A stretch of DNA of 64,000 nucleotides from the human T2T-CHM13v2.0 reference genome, Homo sapiens: the NCBI RefSeq assembly GCF_009914755.1, contig NC_060941.1; one strand, 5' to 3'. The stretch's first letter is position 1. Each line of letters opens with the position of its first letter. Below are positions 47,716-60,712 of this stretch, piece by piece. The notes below the pieces were generated by a model that did no database searches, was not told the DNA's origin, and saw only the letters and a list, made by a program, of their open reading frames with translations. The position numbers and the translations under genes were made by a program.

Positions 47716-49033
47716 GTCAAGGGACTAGATCCCAGAGGTCTTTCTGAGCCAAGGTGAAGAGTTTGAGTTTTCAAGCCAAGGGCAAAAGAGAAAGACATTG
47801 GAGAATTTTAAGTAGGTGGATGAACTGTTGAGGCCCCCAAATGGAAAAAAAACAGGAAATTGTTCAGGTTATTCTAGTCATTTAGTGAAATAAAATGATG
47901 GTTGAGATACTCTAGTCATTTGGTGAAATAAGATGTTGGTTGAGATCAAGATAAAGCGTGAAGATGGAGGGAAATTGCTGGAGTTGGTATATATTTTAGA
48001 GGTATAGCTAATAGGATTGGAGAGTGAGAGGCAGAGAGAAATTAAGAATTACTCGACTGTATAAATTTGAATACCATGTCCCTGACTCTTAACACGGGGC
48101 TTAATATGTATTTAGTAAGCATATAAAAAATGCTTGCTAAAATTACCAAAAGATAAGCTCTTTTTCAAGTGATTTATATGGATGACCTCATTTAATTCTC
48201 ACAACCTCCTGGGCTAGATTCTTTTTTCACATTTTATATAGAAAGAAACTAGAGTTAAGTAATTTGGTTAAGTACTTTGCTCAAAGTTAAAAAGTCAGGA
48301 AGTAGCAGTCTGGGAAAGCAAACCAGAGGTATTTGCCTGATGTCTTCAGAGCTCATGGTTTTATTCTCTATTTCAAGAAATAAGAACAAATGCAAGTCAT
48401 TAATATCTGTTCCAGAAACTATATCCATAGGGTTCTTGCTTAATGGTATTTCTACTGGTTAAATATATTTTATCCTTGGTTCTTGGTTTAATGATAATAA
48501 TCATAGCTAGTATTTTTTGCCAGGTTCCCATGGGTTAGGTTCTAGACATTTTACATTTACTAAATTAACAAGAAAACTATGAGAAAACACAAGCACTATT
48601 TCTGTTTTATAAATGAGAAGGTTAAAGGCAGAGATTTTCCTTCAATCCATTGCATTCCAAAGCTGACAATTTTAATATAAAAGTTATTGGAATAACCAAT
48701 TAGCATATGAAAGTGGTCATCACCCACAAAATGCAAATTATAACAACATTGAGACATTACTATACACCCATTAAAATTGATAAGACAGATAAAGCCAAGT
48801 GTGGCAAGGATATGGAGAAAATAGAACTCTCATGCAGTGCTGCTGAGAATTTAAAATGGTACAATTATTTCAGAAAATTTTTATCAGCCTCTTATAGTGT
48901 CAAATATTCACCTATTCTGTAACCCAGTAATTCCACTCTCAAGATTATATCCAACAGAGATGCAAATACTTTGTGGCAGCTATTTTGATTCATATAATAT
49001 TTAGAGAGTACTTATTAGGTGCCAGGGAGGATG

Positions 49034-49486
49034 TTGAATTGGTCAGTGTTCTTCAGAGAGACAAAACCAATACAATGAATAGAAAGATATTTATTATAAG
49101 AAATTACTAATGTGATTATGGAGGCTGAGAAATCCAGACCAGGAGAGTCAACAGGATAGTTCCAGCCCCAGTTCAAAGGCCTAGGAAGTAAGAGAGCCAA
49201 TGAGGTCAGTTCCAAACCAAGTCTAAGCCCAAAGTCAAGAGAAGTCTAATGTCCCAGACAGAGAGAGAGAATTTTTTCTGACTCTGCCTTTCATTCTTTT
49301 CAGGCCTTCTGCAGATTGCATGAGGCCCCACCCACACTGTGGAGCACAATCTGCTTTATTCAGTCTGCCAGTTCAAATGTTAATCTCATCCAGAAATACC
49401 CGCACAAACACACCCAGAAATAATGTTTAATAGAATATCTTGGCACCCTGTGGCCCGGTCAGGTTCACATATACAATTAACGTCAC
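49034..49486 (-). mobile_element. MLT2 (ERVL) LTR
   Basis: gttcttcagagagacaaaaccaat...gtgattatggaggctgagaa...aaacacacccagaaataatgttt. Confidence 0.8.
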
Positions 49487-49833
49487 GGATAGTGAAAAAC
49501 TTAAAAATGTTATCTTACTTTATATACTATGAAAAACACCCACTAGGACGATCATATATATTACTGTGTCTGTATCTATTGCCCTGGTGTTACTATTAAT
49601 CGCATGCATTCTCACTTCAAAGTGCCCTATTGTGAATAGAAAATTATTTGATAACCCAAATTTGAATCCATTAACCTCTTATAAATTATGGTATCAAACA
49701 TGATGTTAAAACTTGACACCGTCCCTGATCTACCCTCTTCTAAGTGATTTAATAGGGACAAGGATACAAAGCAGTTAACTGTTTTGTACACTGGTTAAAA
49801 ATCAAACATCTATATTTGCTTGAGGAAGGTTAT

Positions 49834-50171
49834 TGATATGGTTTGGCTTTGTGTCCCCACCCAAATCTCATCTGGAATTGTAATCCCCAGGTGTTAAGGG
49901 AGGGACCCAGTGGGAGGTGATTGGATCATGGGGGTGGTTTCCCCCATGCTGTTCTCATGATAGTCAGTGAGTCTCATAAGATCTGATGGTTTTGTAAATA
50001 GCAGTTTCCCCTGGGCTTTTCTCTTCTCTCTTGTGCCGCCTTGTGAGAAGGTGCCCATTTTCCCTTCAACCATGATTGTAAGTTTCCTGAGGCCTTCCCA
50101 GCCATGTGGAACTGTGAGTCAACTAAACCTCTTTCTTTTATAAATTACCAGTGTGAAAATGGAATAAAACA
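49834..50171 (+). mobile_element. THE1/MST-type solo LTR
   Basis: tgatatggtttggc...aaaaca; TSD gttat/gttac. Confidence 0.9.
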
Positions 50172-51813
50172 GTTACGTTTCCATATTTTCACATCAAAAA
50201 TGCCTCTTAATATGGAATGTCAAATTCTTTTCTTAGCTCTTAACAAAATGGAATGCCTACTTCTCTTTCATTAATAAAGTGCAAGTGCTACTTTATAGAC
50301 AGTTCTATAGCTTCTTACCTTATATTTTAACGTGGTATTTGGTTTAATCAAATTGATATTAGTATGGATTATCTAATAGGACTCTGAAAACCATCCCTAA
50401 TGTCAATAGAATAAACATAACTCAATGAGGACTCTAAGCCATCAGATTCTTTGCTCTCTCATCTCTAATGAGCACCATGATACTTCCCAAATCATTCTTA
50501 ACATTTATACATTTCTTTCCTCTTTCTCCACAGCCTCTTTCCTAGTTGAGTCTTACCTTTATTTTATCTCTCTTGGATTATTTTCCTTTATGCCTGTTTT
50601 CCATGCCTCTAGAACTTTCTTCTTTCAAAACATCTTTTGTTGATTAATCTCCAAAATACAAACTTGATCATGGTTTCCTCTTGTTTAATAGATTAAATGG
50701 GTCCCTGTAGCTTGGGATAAATGAACCTTCATTACATAGCTCGCTGCCTCACTGACTACCAGTCCCTTCCTACTGTCTCTGTTCTAGCCCTTTTGAACTA
50801 ACCAAAGTGTTCTTTTACTCCCTTATATCTGGGATTGGAGGTTTTAGAAATCCTAGTTTCTTTACCTGAAACATCTTCCCCAATTCTGACCTGGGTAATT
50901 TTTATTTGCATTTCTGGTTTCTGCTTAGGCATCTTATTCTCCTTTAAGCTTTCCCTGATCCAGAAAGGCTCCAGTTGCCCATCATATCCTGCAACTATTA
51001 TGTTCTAACACTTATTAAGCCATGTTACCATTGTCTTTATAATTCCCTGACCCTCCTTTACTCTTCCATAATTTTATGTCTCTAGAAAATAGATAATCTG
51101 ATGGCAAAGGATTATTGTTATTTTATGCATCCTCATTTTTCTGGGATCTCTTGAATTGGTTGATACATAGTTGATATATGCTATACTATAATTGGAAATT
51201 TGTAGGTATCCATTGGGTGATGGCACATTTGTGTTACGTGTTTATAATGTTTATGTCTATTGGGCTTTGTCATAAAGCCTGAATTCTAACACTAAGCCGT
51301 TATCTAGGTTAAAATGATTTTTAGAAATGTGATACATAATTATAATAATAATAGCTGATTAAGTAATAGAACTTACTAGTCTCTAGGGTTTTTATCGGCA
51401 ATAGATGGAAGGTAGTGTATTTATAATGATGTCTGAGGTATATTAAGGAAATATTAAGTATTTAACTCTTAAAAATAACTTCATCAGTGTTCCTCTGAAT
51501 ATTTAACTATCACAAATGATGTTCTAGGCAATACTCCACACACTTTATGAGCATTAAGATAATCAATATTCATAAGAGCCCTCTGAAGTATGACCCATTA
51601 TTTCTTTCCATTTATAGAAAGAAGACTGAGGTTCTGAGAATTTTAATAACTTGTCAAAGGCCAACTGCTAATAAGTAATAATCTGTTCGTTATATTCTCT
51701 CTGGAAGAAAGAAGCAATTCCCTGAGGAAATGAGACAGTGGGCAAATAAGTTTGGATAAGGAACCTGTTTAAAAATTTTCAAAAAAGGGAGTGAGGGAGC
51801 CTGCCCATGGAAT

Positions 51814-52863
51814 CGCCATAGGCTATGAGCATACAGGGAGATCATCCCATGCTATGAGCATACAGGGAGAGCATCCCATGCCATGAGCATGTGGGGTGAG
51901 CATCTCATGCTATGAGCATCCCATGCTATGAGCATAGGGGGTGAGCTTCCCATGCCATGAACACAGGGGGTGAGCATCCCATGCCATGAACATAGGTGGT
52001 GAGCATCCCATGCCACGAACATAGGGAGTGAGCATCCCACACTATGAGAATATGGGGAGGTCATCCCATGCTATGAGCACAGGCGGTGAGCATCCCAGGC
52101 TATAATCCAATGCTATGAGCATAGGCGGTGAGCATCCCATGCCATGAGCATCCCACGCTATGAGCATACGGGGAGAGTATCCTGTGCCATGAGCATAGGG
52201 GGTGAGCATCCCATGCTATGAGCATATGGGGAGAGCATCCCATGCTATGAGCATAGGGGGAGAGCATCTCATGCTATGAGCATAGAGGGTGAGCATCCCA
52301 TGCCATGAGCATACAGGGAGAGCATACCACGCAATGAGAATACAGGGAGAGTGTCCCATGCCATGAGCATAGGGGGTGAGCATCCCATGCTATGAGAATA
52401 CAAGGAGAGCATCCCACTCTATGAGAATACAGGGAGAGTATCCCATGCCATGGGCATACAGGGAAAGCATCCCACGCTATGAGAATACAGGGACAGTATC
52501 CCATGCCATAAGCATACAGGGAGAGCATCCCACGCTATGAGAATACAGGGAGAGTATCCCGTGCCATGAACATAGGGTGTGAGCATCCCAAGATATGAGC
52601 ATAAAGGGTGAGCATCCCGTGCTATGAGAATACGGGGTGAGCATCCCAGGCTATGAACATAGAGGGTGAGCATCCCACACTATGAGAATATGGGGTGAGC
52701 ATCCCAGGCTATAAGCATAGAGGGTGAGCATCCCACACTATGAGAATATGGGGTGAGCATCCCAGGCTATAAGCATAGAGGGTGAGCATCCCACACTATG
52801 AGAATACGGGGTGAGCATCCCATGCTATGAGCATACGGGGTGAGCATCTCACGCTATGAGCAT
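51814..52863. repeat. 29-bp minisatellite (VNTR), about 36 units
   Basis: Consensus GAGCATCCCATGCTATGAGCATACAGGGA / ...ATAGGGGGT. Confidence 0.97.
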
Positions 52864-52887
52864 GGAATTTTCTATTCCGTGAAATAG

Positions 52888-53150
52888 AACGTAAGACCTA
52901 AAACCACAAAAACCCTAGAAGAAAACCTAGGCAGTACCATTCAGGACATAGGCACGGGCAAAGACTTCATGACTAAAACACCAAAAACAATGGCAACAAA
53001 AGCCGAAATTAACAAATGGGATGTAATTAAACTAAAGAGCTTCTGCCCAGCAAAAGAAACTATCATCAGAGTGAACAGGAAACCTACAGAACGGGAGAAA
53101 ATTTTTGCAATCTCTCTATCTGACAAAGGGCTAATAATCCAGAATCTACA
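52888..53150 (+). mobile_element. Internal L1PA ORF2 fragment, no 3'UTR or A-tail
   Basis: [37 protein letters not shown] matches L1 ORF2. Confidence 0.92.
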
Positions 53151-53599
53151 CAGAGGAAAAGATTCTTTAAATGCTAATATAAAAAAGAAGATACTAAAAT
53201 AAAAACGTAGACATACTGAATATTAAATTCTAGCTATGTTAAATGTTTATGTCTACCAATAAAAGAATCTGGCAACATTTACTTTATTAAGAAAATGGGA
53301 CTCACTTTATTTTTCTAGACAGATCATTGTTAGGGTGATTTTCCCTTAAGAAGACACCAAAACTGCCAATAAAATATATCCATACATTTTTCTCTCTGTA
53401 AAGAAAAGTGAAGGCTAACTAAACTTTCAACAAAAGACTCTATGTTTTTCTCAAAACCTATATATTTTCCGCCTTCCAAAGAGTATATCTTTTCCAAAAA
53501 GACGCTGAAAGTTTGTGTTAATTTATTCTTTTCACTGAAAAAATAATTGTACATATATTTTTAAAAACATTAAGAAGATGAAGATGATGAGGTCATTTA

Positions 53600-55750
53600 T
53601 TGTTGTTAAACTTTAATGGTGTCTAGATAAGGGGCTTGGCACTTTTTTTCTTATTGGGCTGTTGTTTTTTCCGTTCCTGTTGGGTCAGTAGCAGCCACTA
53701 AATGACATGATGCTCAATCAGACCTTTTTTTTTTTTTTTTTTTTTCCAAATTTGAAAGAAAAAAAGCAAACCTCACCTCAGCACCAAATGAGGCAGTTCG
53801 TGCTGGTTTTGGAAAAGGAATTAGCTCCAGAGAGAAAAATAACAAACTCAGTCCTGAGGTCTTTCCTATATATTGAAAAGGCCAGTGTGGAAAGGAAATG
53901 CAGAAAAACAAACAGAAGGTGCACGAGTTTCTTTATCATACCTGGAGAAGGATATGTTCAAATCCACACAGCCGTGTCCTGGCGCCAGGCCTTTGCTTTT
54001 CTTTTTCTTTTTTTTTCTTTAAAATGGCACCCACTGCTCTATAAAATGATCTATTGGGACTTCAAAGCTGTGGCAATTGCATGTGGCACAGGATGTACGC
54101 AATTAATTATGTGATGCTTAAATGACAGGGTATAGGAAAAATAAGAGAGAAGAAGAAAAAGTTTTTTTTTTTTTTTAAAAAAAAAAGCAAAAAAAAAAAA
54201 AAAAAAAAAAATCCAAAGTAAACTGAAAGACCTGGTTGTCTGCCTGCCAAAAACCAGTAGCAGATAAGGCCTCCAGTTGCTGTGGAAACTCGGGCCTCCA
54301 GGAGCCAGAATCCAATTTCAGAAACCACAAAATCAACATAAACGTGTGCAAAAATAAAAAGGTTTGTTTGGCAAGTAATAAGGAGAAGGCTACCAATGTA
54401 TAAAACACATGAACCAAGGTGACCTCAGCCAACTGAAGCTATAATGACGATGATGTCCACAGCAGATTTGGCACCTCTGAAACGAGCGGTAACAAGACAC
54501 AGTCCACGCCGCTTTCTGTTATCAGGTAATTGCTACCTTTTTGAAATATTAACCGTCCACCACTTCTTCCCCTGCCTCACCTCAGAAAACATAACAACAC
54601 CCTTCATGAAAGCAATGTTAGAGATCTTGATTTTAACCCGAGAGGCCAGAAAACAGACAGCTCGACTTTTCACTTGTTCCTTAGATCATGAATTACACGC
54701 TGTATCATCCAGGAAAAAGAAAAATAAAGAAAAATAGATTCTATATACAGACTTCTTTATCCCTTCTGCAATCTGCAAGAAACAATTGCCTTTTAAAGTA
54801 AGAAGCAGAGTTCACATATAAACTATTAATTATTATAAACCTTTAGGTTATTCTGAACTCTTTATTTAATTTACTTCTTTAGAATAAAGAAGTATCATCT
54901 AAAATAAATGTCCTTTGATGAGTGAACAATTTTTAATTCATTCTTATATTCTCAGAAATTATCTTTCCTTCTTTTCCTTTAAAGAATAAATGTGCTCTTT
55001 TACTTAGTTCATCAATAGGTTGATAAATCATTTGCTTGGATAAGACCAACCTGTATTTCATCTAACACTAAATGTAGAGGATTTTCAATATAAATTCCAG
55101 GAAATCTACAAGTTTGGGATCATAGAGAAAATGCACTAGTATCTTGTTTCTGAGAAAGTGACCTAAAACTCTTTTTCAGGAAGTAAAATTTAAAAATAAA
55201 TTGGAATTCCAAACAGATAAATATGTAAAGAAAGAAACCAAAACCAGCCCATAGAAATGTCAAATATATAACAATTCACCATAGAAATATCTCCATCCTT
55301 ATTTCTCTCTCATTCCTGTTTTTGCTCCTCAAATGGAGGATGAAATGTAAAATATATAATTCCACTTCCTGGGAATAGACTGTATTGTATATCATTTGCA
55401 TCGAAAATGCCTCATTCTTGCCGCTGAGATTCTGCTAAATGCCTATCACATCACTTCTGTCATCTCTTGGGCCAACAGCTAAGCCCTGTCTCTTTGTAAC
55501 TGCATTCTGTTCAATGCAGTATAGGCAGAAGAGATGAACACCACGTTCAAGACTGCTAGTCTATATTTTGAGAAATAAAAGACAGGTCAGCCACAGTGAT
55601 GAGATTTTTTCTTTTTTCTTTTTTCCTGGAAACTGTAAATGGCAGAGAAAACTCAGCCTTAAGCAATTCGGCATTGTGCTGTCTTCGGACATACAAGTAT
55701 CTGTTCTTATGCGCAAGGTTTGCTCAATATAAAATTCTCTCAGGAGTGGA
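53600..55750. promoter_or_regulatory. Repeat-free, motif-dense candidate enhancer
   Basis: TTCYNRGAA at 54949, 55095, 55148, 55623; TCF CCTTTGAT 54912; SOX AACAAT 54781/54925/55270; RUNX AACCACA 54323; GATA; NFI-like 54236. Confidence 0.45.
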
Positions 55751-56419
55751 GAAAAAATATGTGATCAGAAGCTTGAGAACCTGATGATTTGGAGAGTCAG
55801 AGGCAGTTGATAGCACTTATTTTTGTTTTCACAACCACTTACAGCATTATAAAAAAGGAAACCTGATATTGAAGAAGTGTTCATTTGACTCAGTTTATAG
55901 GTATATTATGCCACAAAATTTTCTCACTGGAAGTTGCAACTTTGATTTGTTTTTGTTATTAATTCACTTACAATAATATCTTCTTGTTAAACATATTAAC
56001 GGTACATTTATATAAAGAAATTTGAAGACCATAAAAACATGTTTTTGAAGAATATTTAATGACTAAAGAAAGTTTTGACATATTGTAAGTGAAAAAAATC
56101 AGGATATATAATTTAAATCTTACAATAAAATATTTGATAAAGAGGTTAAAATAAATATATACACAAAAAGCTAAAAACCTATTTCTACTCAGTGGAATTA
56201 TAGGTGATTTTTATTTCATTTTTTCTCTATGATTTTCTATCATTTCAAATTTTACATGCTAAAATTTGCCATTTGATTGTTTTAATAGATTAATACTTAT
56301 GTGTTAAGATAATTCAGGCAATCAAATCTCCATTCAAGATAAGTTTAAGGCAACCTATAGTATTAAGATAGGTGTAAATAACATGAAAAAAGATGAAAAG
56401 TGAATGAAATGAAGTTCTA

Positions 56420-56660
56420 CAATAATAATAGTCTTACCATTTGTTGGGTGCTCATTTGAGTATCGTACATATATTAACTTATTTAATCCTCATACCATGC
56501 AATGAAGTTGCCATATTACTCCCCTTTTATAAACAAGGAAACTGAGGCACAGAAGGGTTGACTAACTTGCCTAAGAGCTCTTAGCTAGTTACTGGAGAAG
56601 CTGGGTTTTGAACCCAGGCAGTCTGGCTCCAAAGGCTGCATTTTTAGGCACTGCACTGTA
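56420..56660 (-). mobile_element. MIR
   Basis: aaggaaactgaggcacaga...tttgaacccaggcagtctggctcc. Confidence 0.85.
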
Positions 56661-58916
56661 GGGACGGTTGTCAAGAAATAAAACTAGAATTTGCCCTTGG
56701 TTTACTCTCTCTCAATGTAAACAGGGAGTGATTGGTTATATAGGTTTATCCGTCTGTTATAAAAATAAACATAAAAATTTATCTGGATAAACAGGTGTTT
56801 TTCGGTGTCTAAACTTGAAGAGGAACTGATTGTTGAAGTTAATGAGTGCAAGAATGAGCAAGATTTTCAGCTGTATTATTACTGAATATACAGAGAAGAA
56901 ATCCAATTTAGAAAACAAAAGGGAGCAATGAATCATTCCTAGAACTCAAGAAGCATATGGCTTTTCAGGGAAATCTTCAACTTTTTATGGGTAAAGGTGG
57001 ATAGAGACTTGTTTCCTTACTAAGAATAGGGGACGTTGATGGCTACAGCCCTAGCCATTTTCCCATTCTTCTCTTAATGATCAAAAACTACTGCCAAGGT
57101 CAGAGTGGAGCAGAGGAACAGAGTTAAACAAAATCTCTTTGGCAAGATCATTTCTTCCAAAGGGACTTGATTAATCTAATAATGTTGCACATTAAATCAA
57201 TTTGCACTAAGAAAATGAAAGCCACACATGGTGATATATAGCCTATGGGAGCTCCCCAAATGAACCCCAAGCCCCAGCCAATGTTTTAGTCTCTTGCTAC
57301 TTCTTTTATTTTACACAGAAAATTAAATTTTAGCAGTTGAGTTCTATTTTCGTTTAGAATGTCTATTAAAAGTCTGGCTGTAATATTTATGAATACCAAA
57401 ACAAGGCCACCAGGACACGTGTCTACTAAAAGCAAGTCTCAGTTACACATCTGCTAAGCAGTTCCTCAGACATTAATAATAATAATAATTTCAAAATCAT
57501 GATGTAAAACAAACTGTAAGAGCGAGGTTCAAATTGGAAGAGCAAATACAACAGAGAATACAATTTTTAAAAATATTACAATACAATTCCTTTAAGTGCT
57601 TTAGAATACTTTTTCTTCCTATTACTTCGATCTTGGAGTTAGAGGGTGAAGAATTAAGTTCAATGATGTTTTCATCATCAGATTTTATTATAAAACCTTC
57701 AGGAAGATATTTTTTTAAAAAAGCTCGAATACTTAATTGAGAGTATATTAAAGTCTAAACTGTGAGCAAGTAAAGAATCTTTTATCACCACAGAATGACT
57801 CTTCTGGCCAAATATTCTCTGCTGGATTCCTAGTTTTTATTTGTTTGCTTTTAGTATATATAAGAATTTTCTTATAGATCAACTTGGGATGGAGAGGGTA
57901 GAAAGAGATAGAATGGTTTACTCTTGGATTGTTAGTGGTCAATGCCAAGTAGGGACAAATAATGATAAAAGACATAAAAGATAAACCATCTCATGAATAA
58001 TAAAGTGAGCTAATGGAGAAAAAGGATTTAATTTGAAAAAAAAAAGACTTAATTTTCCATACTATTTTCCAGTAATACATTACTGTCTGCAATTCACCCA
58101 TTAGTCAAAGTTAAAACTGAAGAACATTGTTGACACTTAAAAATTCAAATATGTTGACACAGACGAATTAATCAGGAACTTCTCTTAAAATTCACCACAG
58201 ATATTCAGGTCCAGCTTTGTCTGTGAGGTGATCTTTGTCTTTTTTCCCTAGATAAATTTCGTAAAAGCGTAACATCTGCTGAGCACTAACTTTCAAGACT
58301 GCAACATCTGTACTGTTAAATGTTTATTTTGTTCCCCCAAACCCAAAGCAATGGAAAGGAGAAATAACAGAGTAGGAGAGAGAAGGAGAAGAAATGGAAA
58401 AAACAGTCTTTCTTCACACTTTCCGAAGTCTTAAAATATCGCCCAACCTAACATTCTCACAGTAGCAAACCTTTCGTCTTCCCTTCTTGCCACCCTTTAT
58501 GCTAACCCTCTGGGAAAAGGGCTTCATTTATTCACCCAGGACTGGACTCTGTCAGAGATTTCTGTTGTTTTACACGTTTCTGGGCACAAGAAAGAGCTTA
58601 TGCAAAGGCTGGCCCTGGTATTGCAGAAGTCTTGTTGGTTTTTGCCAACAAACTGACTTTTTCCTAAAACTTTTTATTTTACCGCTTTCTTATATAAAGG
58701 AAGAAAGATTCTCATTTAAACTACAGACAAAGGGGAAAAAATGAGGAGAGACAGTGGTGATATGGAGCAAGCTGATGAAAAAAATGCATCATTTTCTGTC
58801 TGTTGAGTTCTTAATGGGTTTTGCTCTTCAATTGAGTTAATTTGGTAGCATTTTCTGTGTCACTGGATTGGCTTAATCAGAGGGGATTTAAGTGCAATAG
58901 CATGGTGTGCTTCACA

Positions 58917-58990
58917 GAGTGAGAGTGTGTGTGTGTGTGTGTGTGCGTGCGTGTGTGTGTGTGTGTGTGCGTGTGTGTGTGTGTGTGTGC
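58917..58990. repeat. Interrupted (TG)n microsatellite
   Basis: About 32 TG/CG units. Confidence 0.95.
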
Positions 58991-59598
58991 CCGTAAGCAC
59001 ATACGGTACATGGTGATTTTTATACTGTAGAAAACTGCTGAGCTAAAAATCTTTCTGCAAGGAAAAGAGGGCATGGTTTTCTTCTAGTTAACTTTCAAAG
59101 GAACTGCTCTGTCATCTGGACCCAGAGTTGAGGTGTCCCACCAAGACTTTGCAGGACAGACCTGCCTGGGTCCATTTCTCACTCTGCCTCCAGAATGGCA
59201 CAATGCCAAATACTCTCTTGGTAATCACATGCACTCTGCAGCTTTCAGTTTTCTCTATCATTTACCTCCACAGACCTTTTGAAGTGTTGTTTTTCTGGCT
59301 TCGCTCACTTTTCTGCCATTCTCCAGAATGTCTTTGTGTGATACTTGTACTATAAAAGAATGCCAGATTAGAAAATCAAAATCTTGGAACCAAAGTTATA
59401 AATCTGGACACCACACAGAGCCAGAGTATAAGGGTATTTTTTTCTAATGTTTTGTTGCCACTAAGGCATATTATTTCTTAAAACAGAAGTACAACTCTTG
59501 AAGATTATAATGTAATTCAGCCTTCCAGTGTTCTCTTTTCCTATGATGAGGAAAGATCTAGAATATACATTAGACCCAACAACCTCGATTTTTACATA

Positions 59599-60182
<584 letters not shown>

Positions 60183-60221
60183 TCACCACAGTGCCTTTTG
60201 GAAGGGACCAACTTTTGGAAG

Positions 60222-60712
<491 letters not shown>

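Noticed and set aside
51852-52673. Repetitive minus-strand ORFs (AWDAHP motifs)
   Set aside because: Translations of the VNTR; a 29-bp unit shifts frame and stops are frequent
51814-52863. CRISPR-like array (29-bp palindromic repeats)
   Set aside because: Units are contiguous with no unique spacers, no cas genes, primate context; it is a minisatellite
51806-52868. hAT transposon suggested by the 8-bp flanking repeat CATGGAAT
   Set aside because: No terminal inverted repeats; duplication during slippage is simpler
54444-54737. 97-aa ORF with internal donor CAG|GTAATT, or a C/D snoRNA (ATGACGA...CTGA)
   Set aside because: No homology I recognise, no promoter or partner exon evident; box spacing too short for a snoRNA
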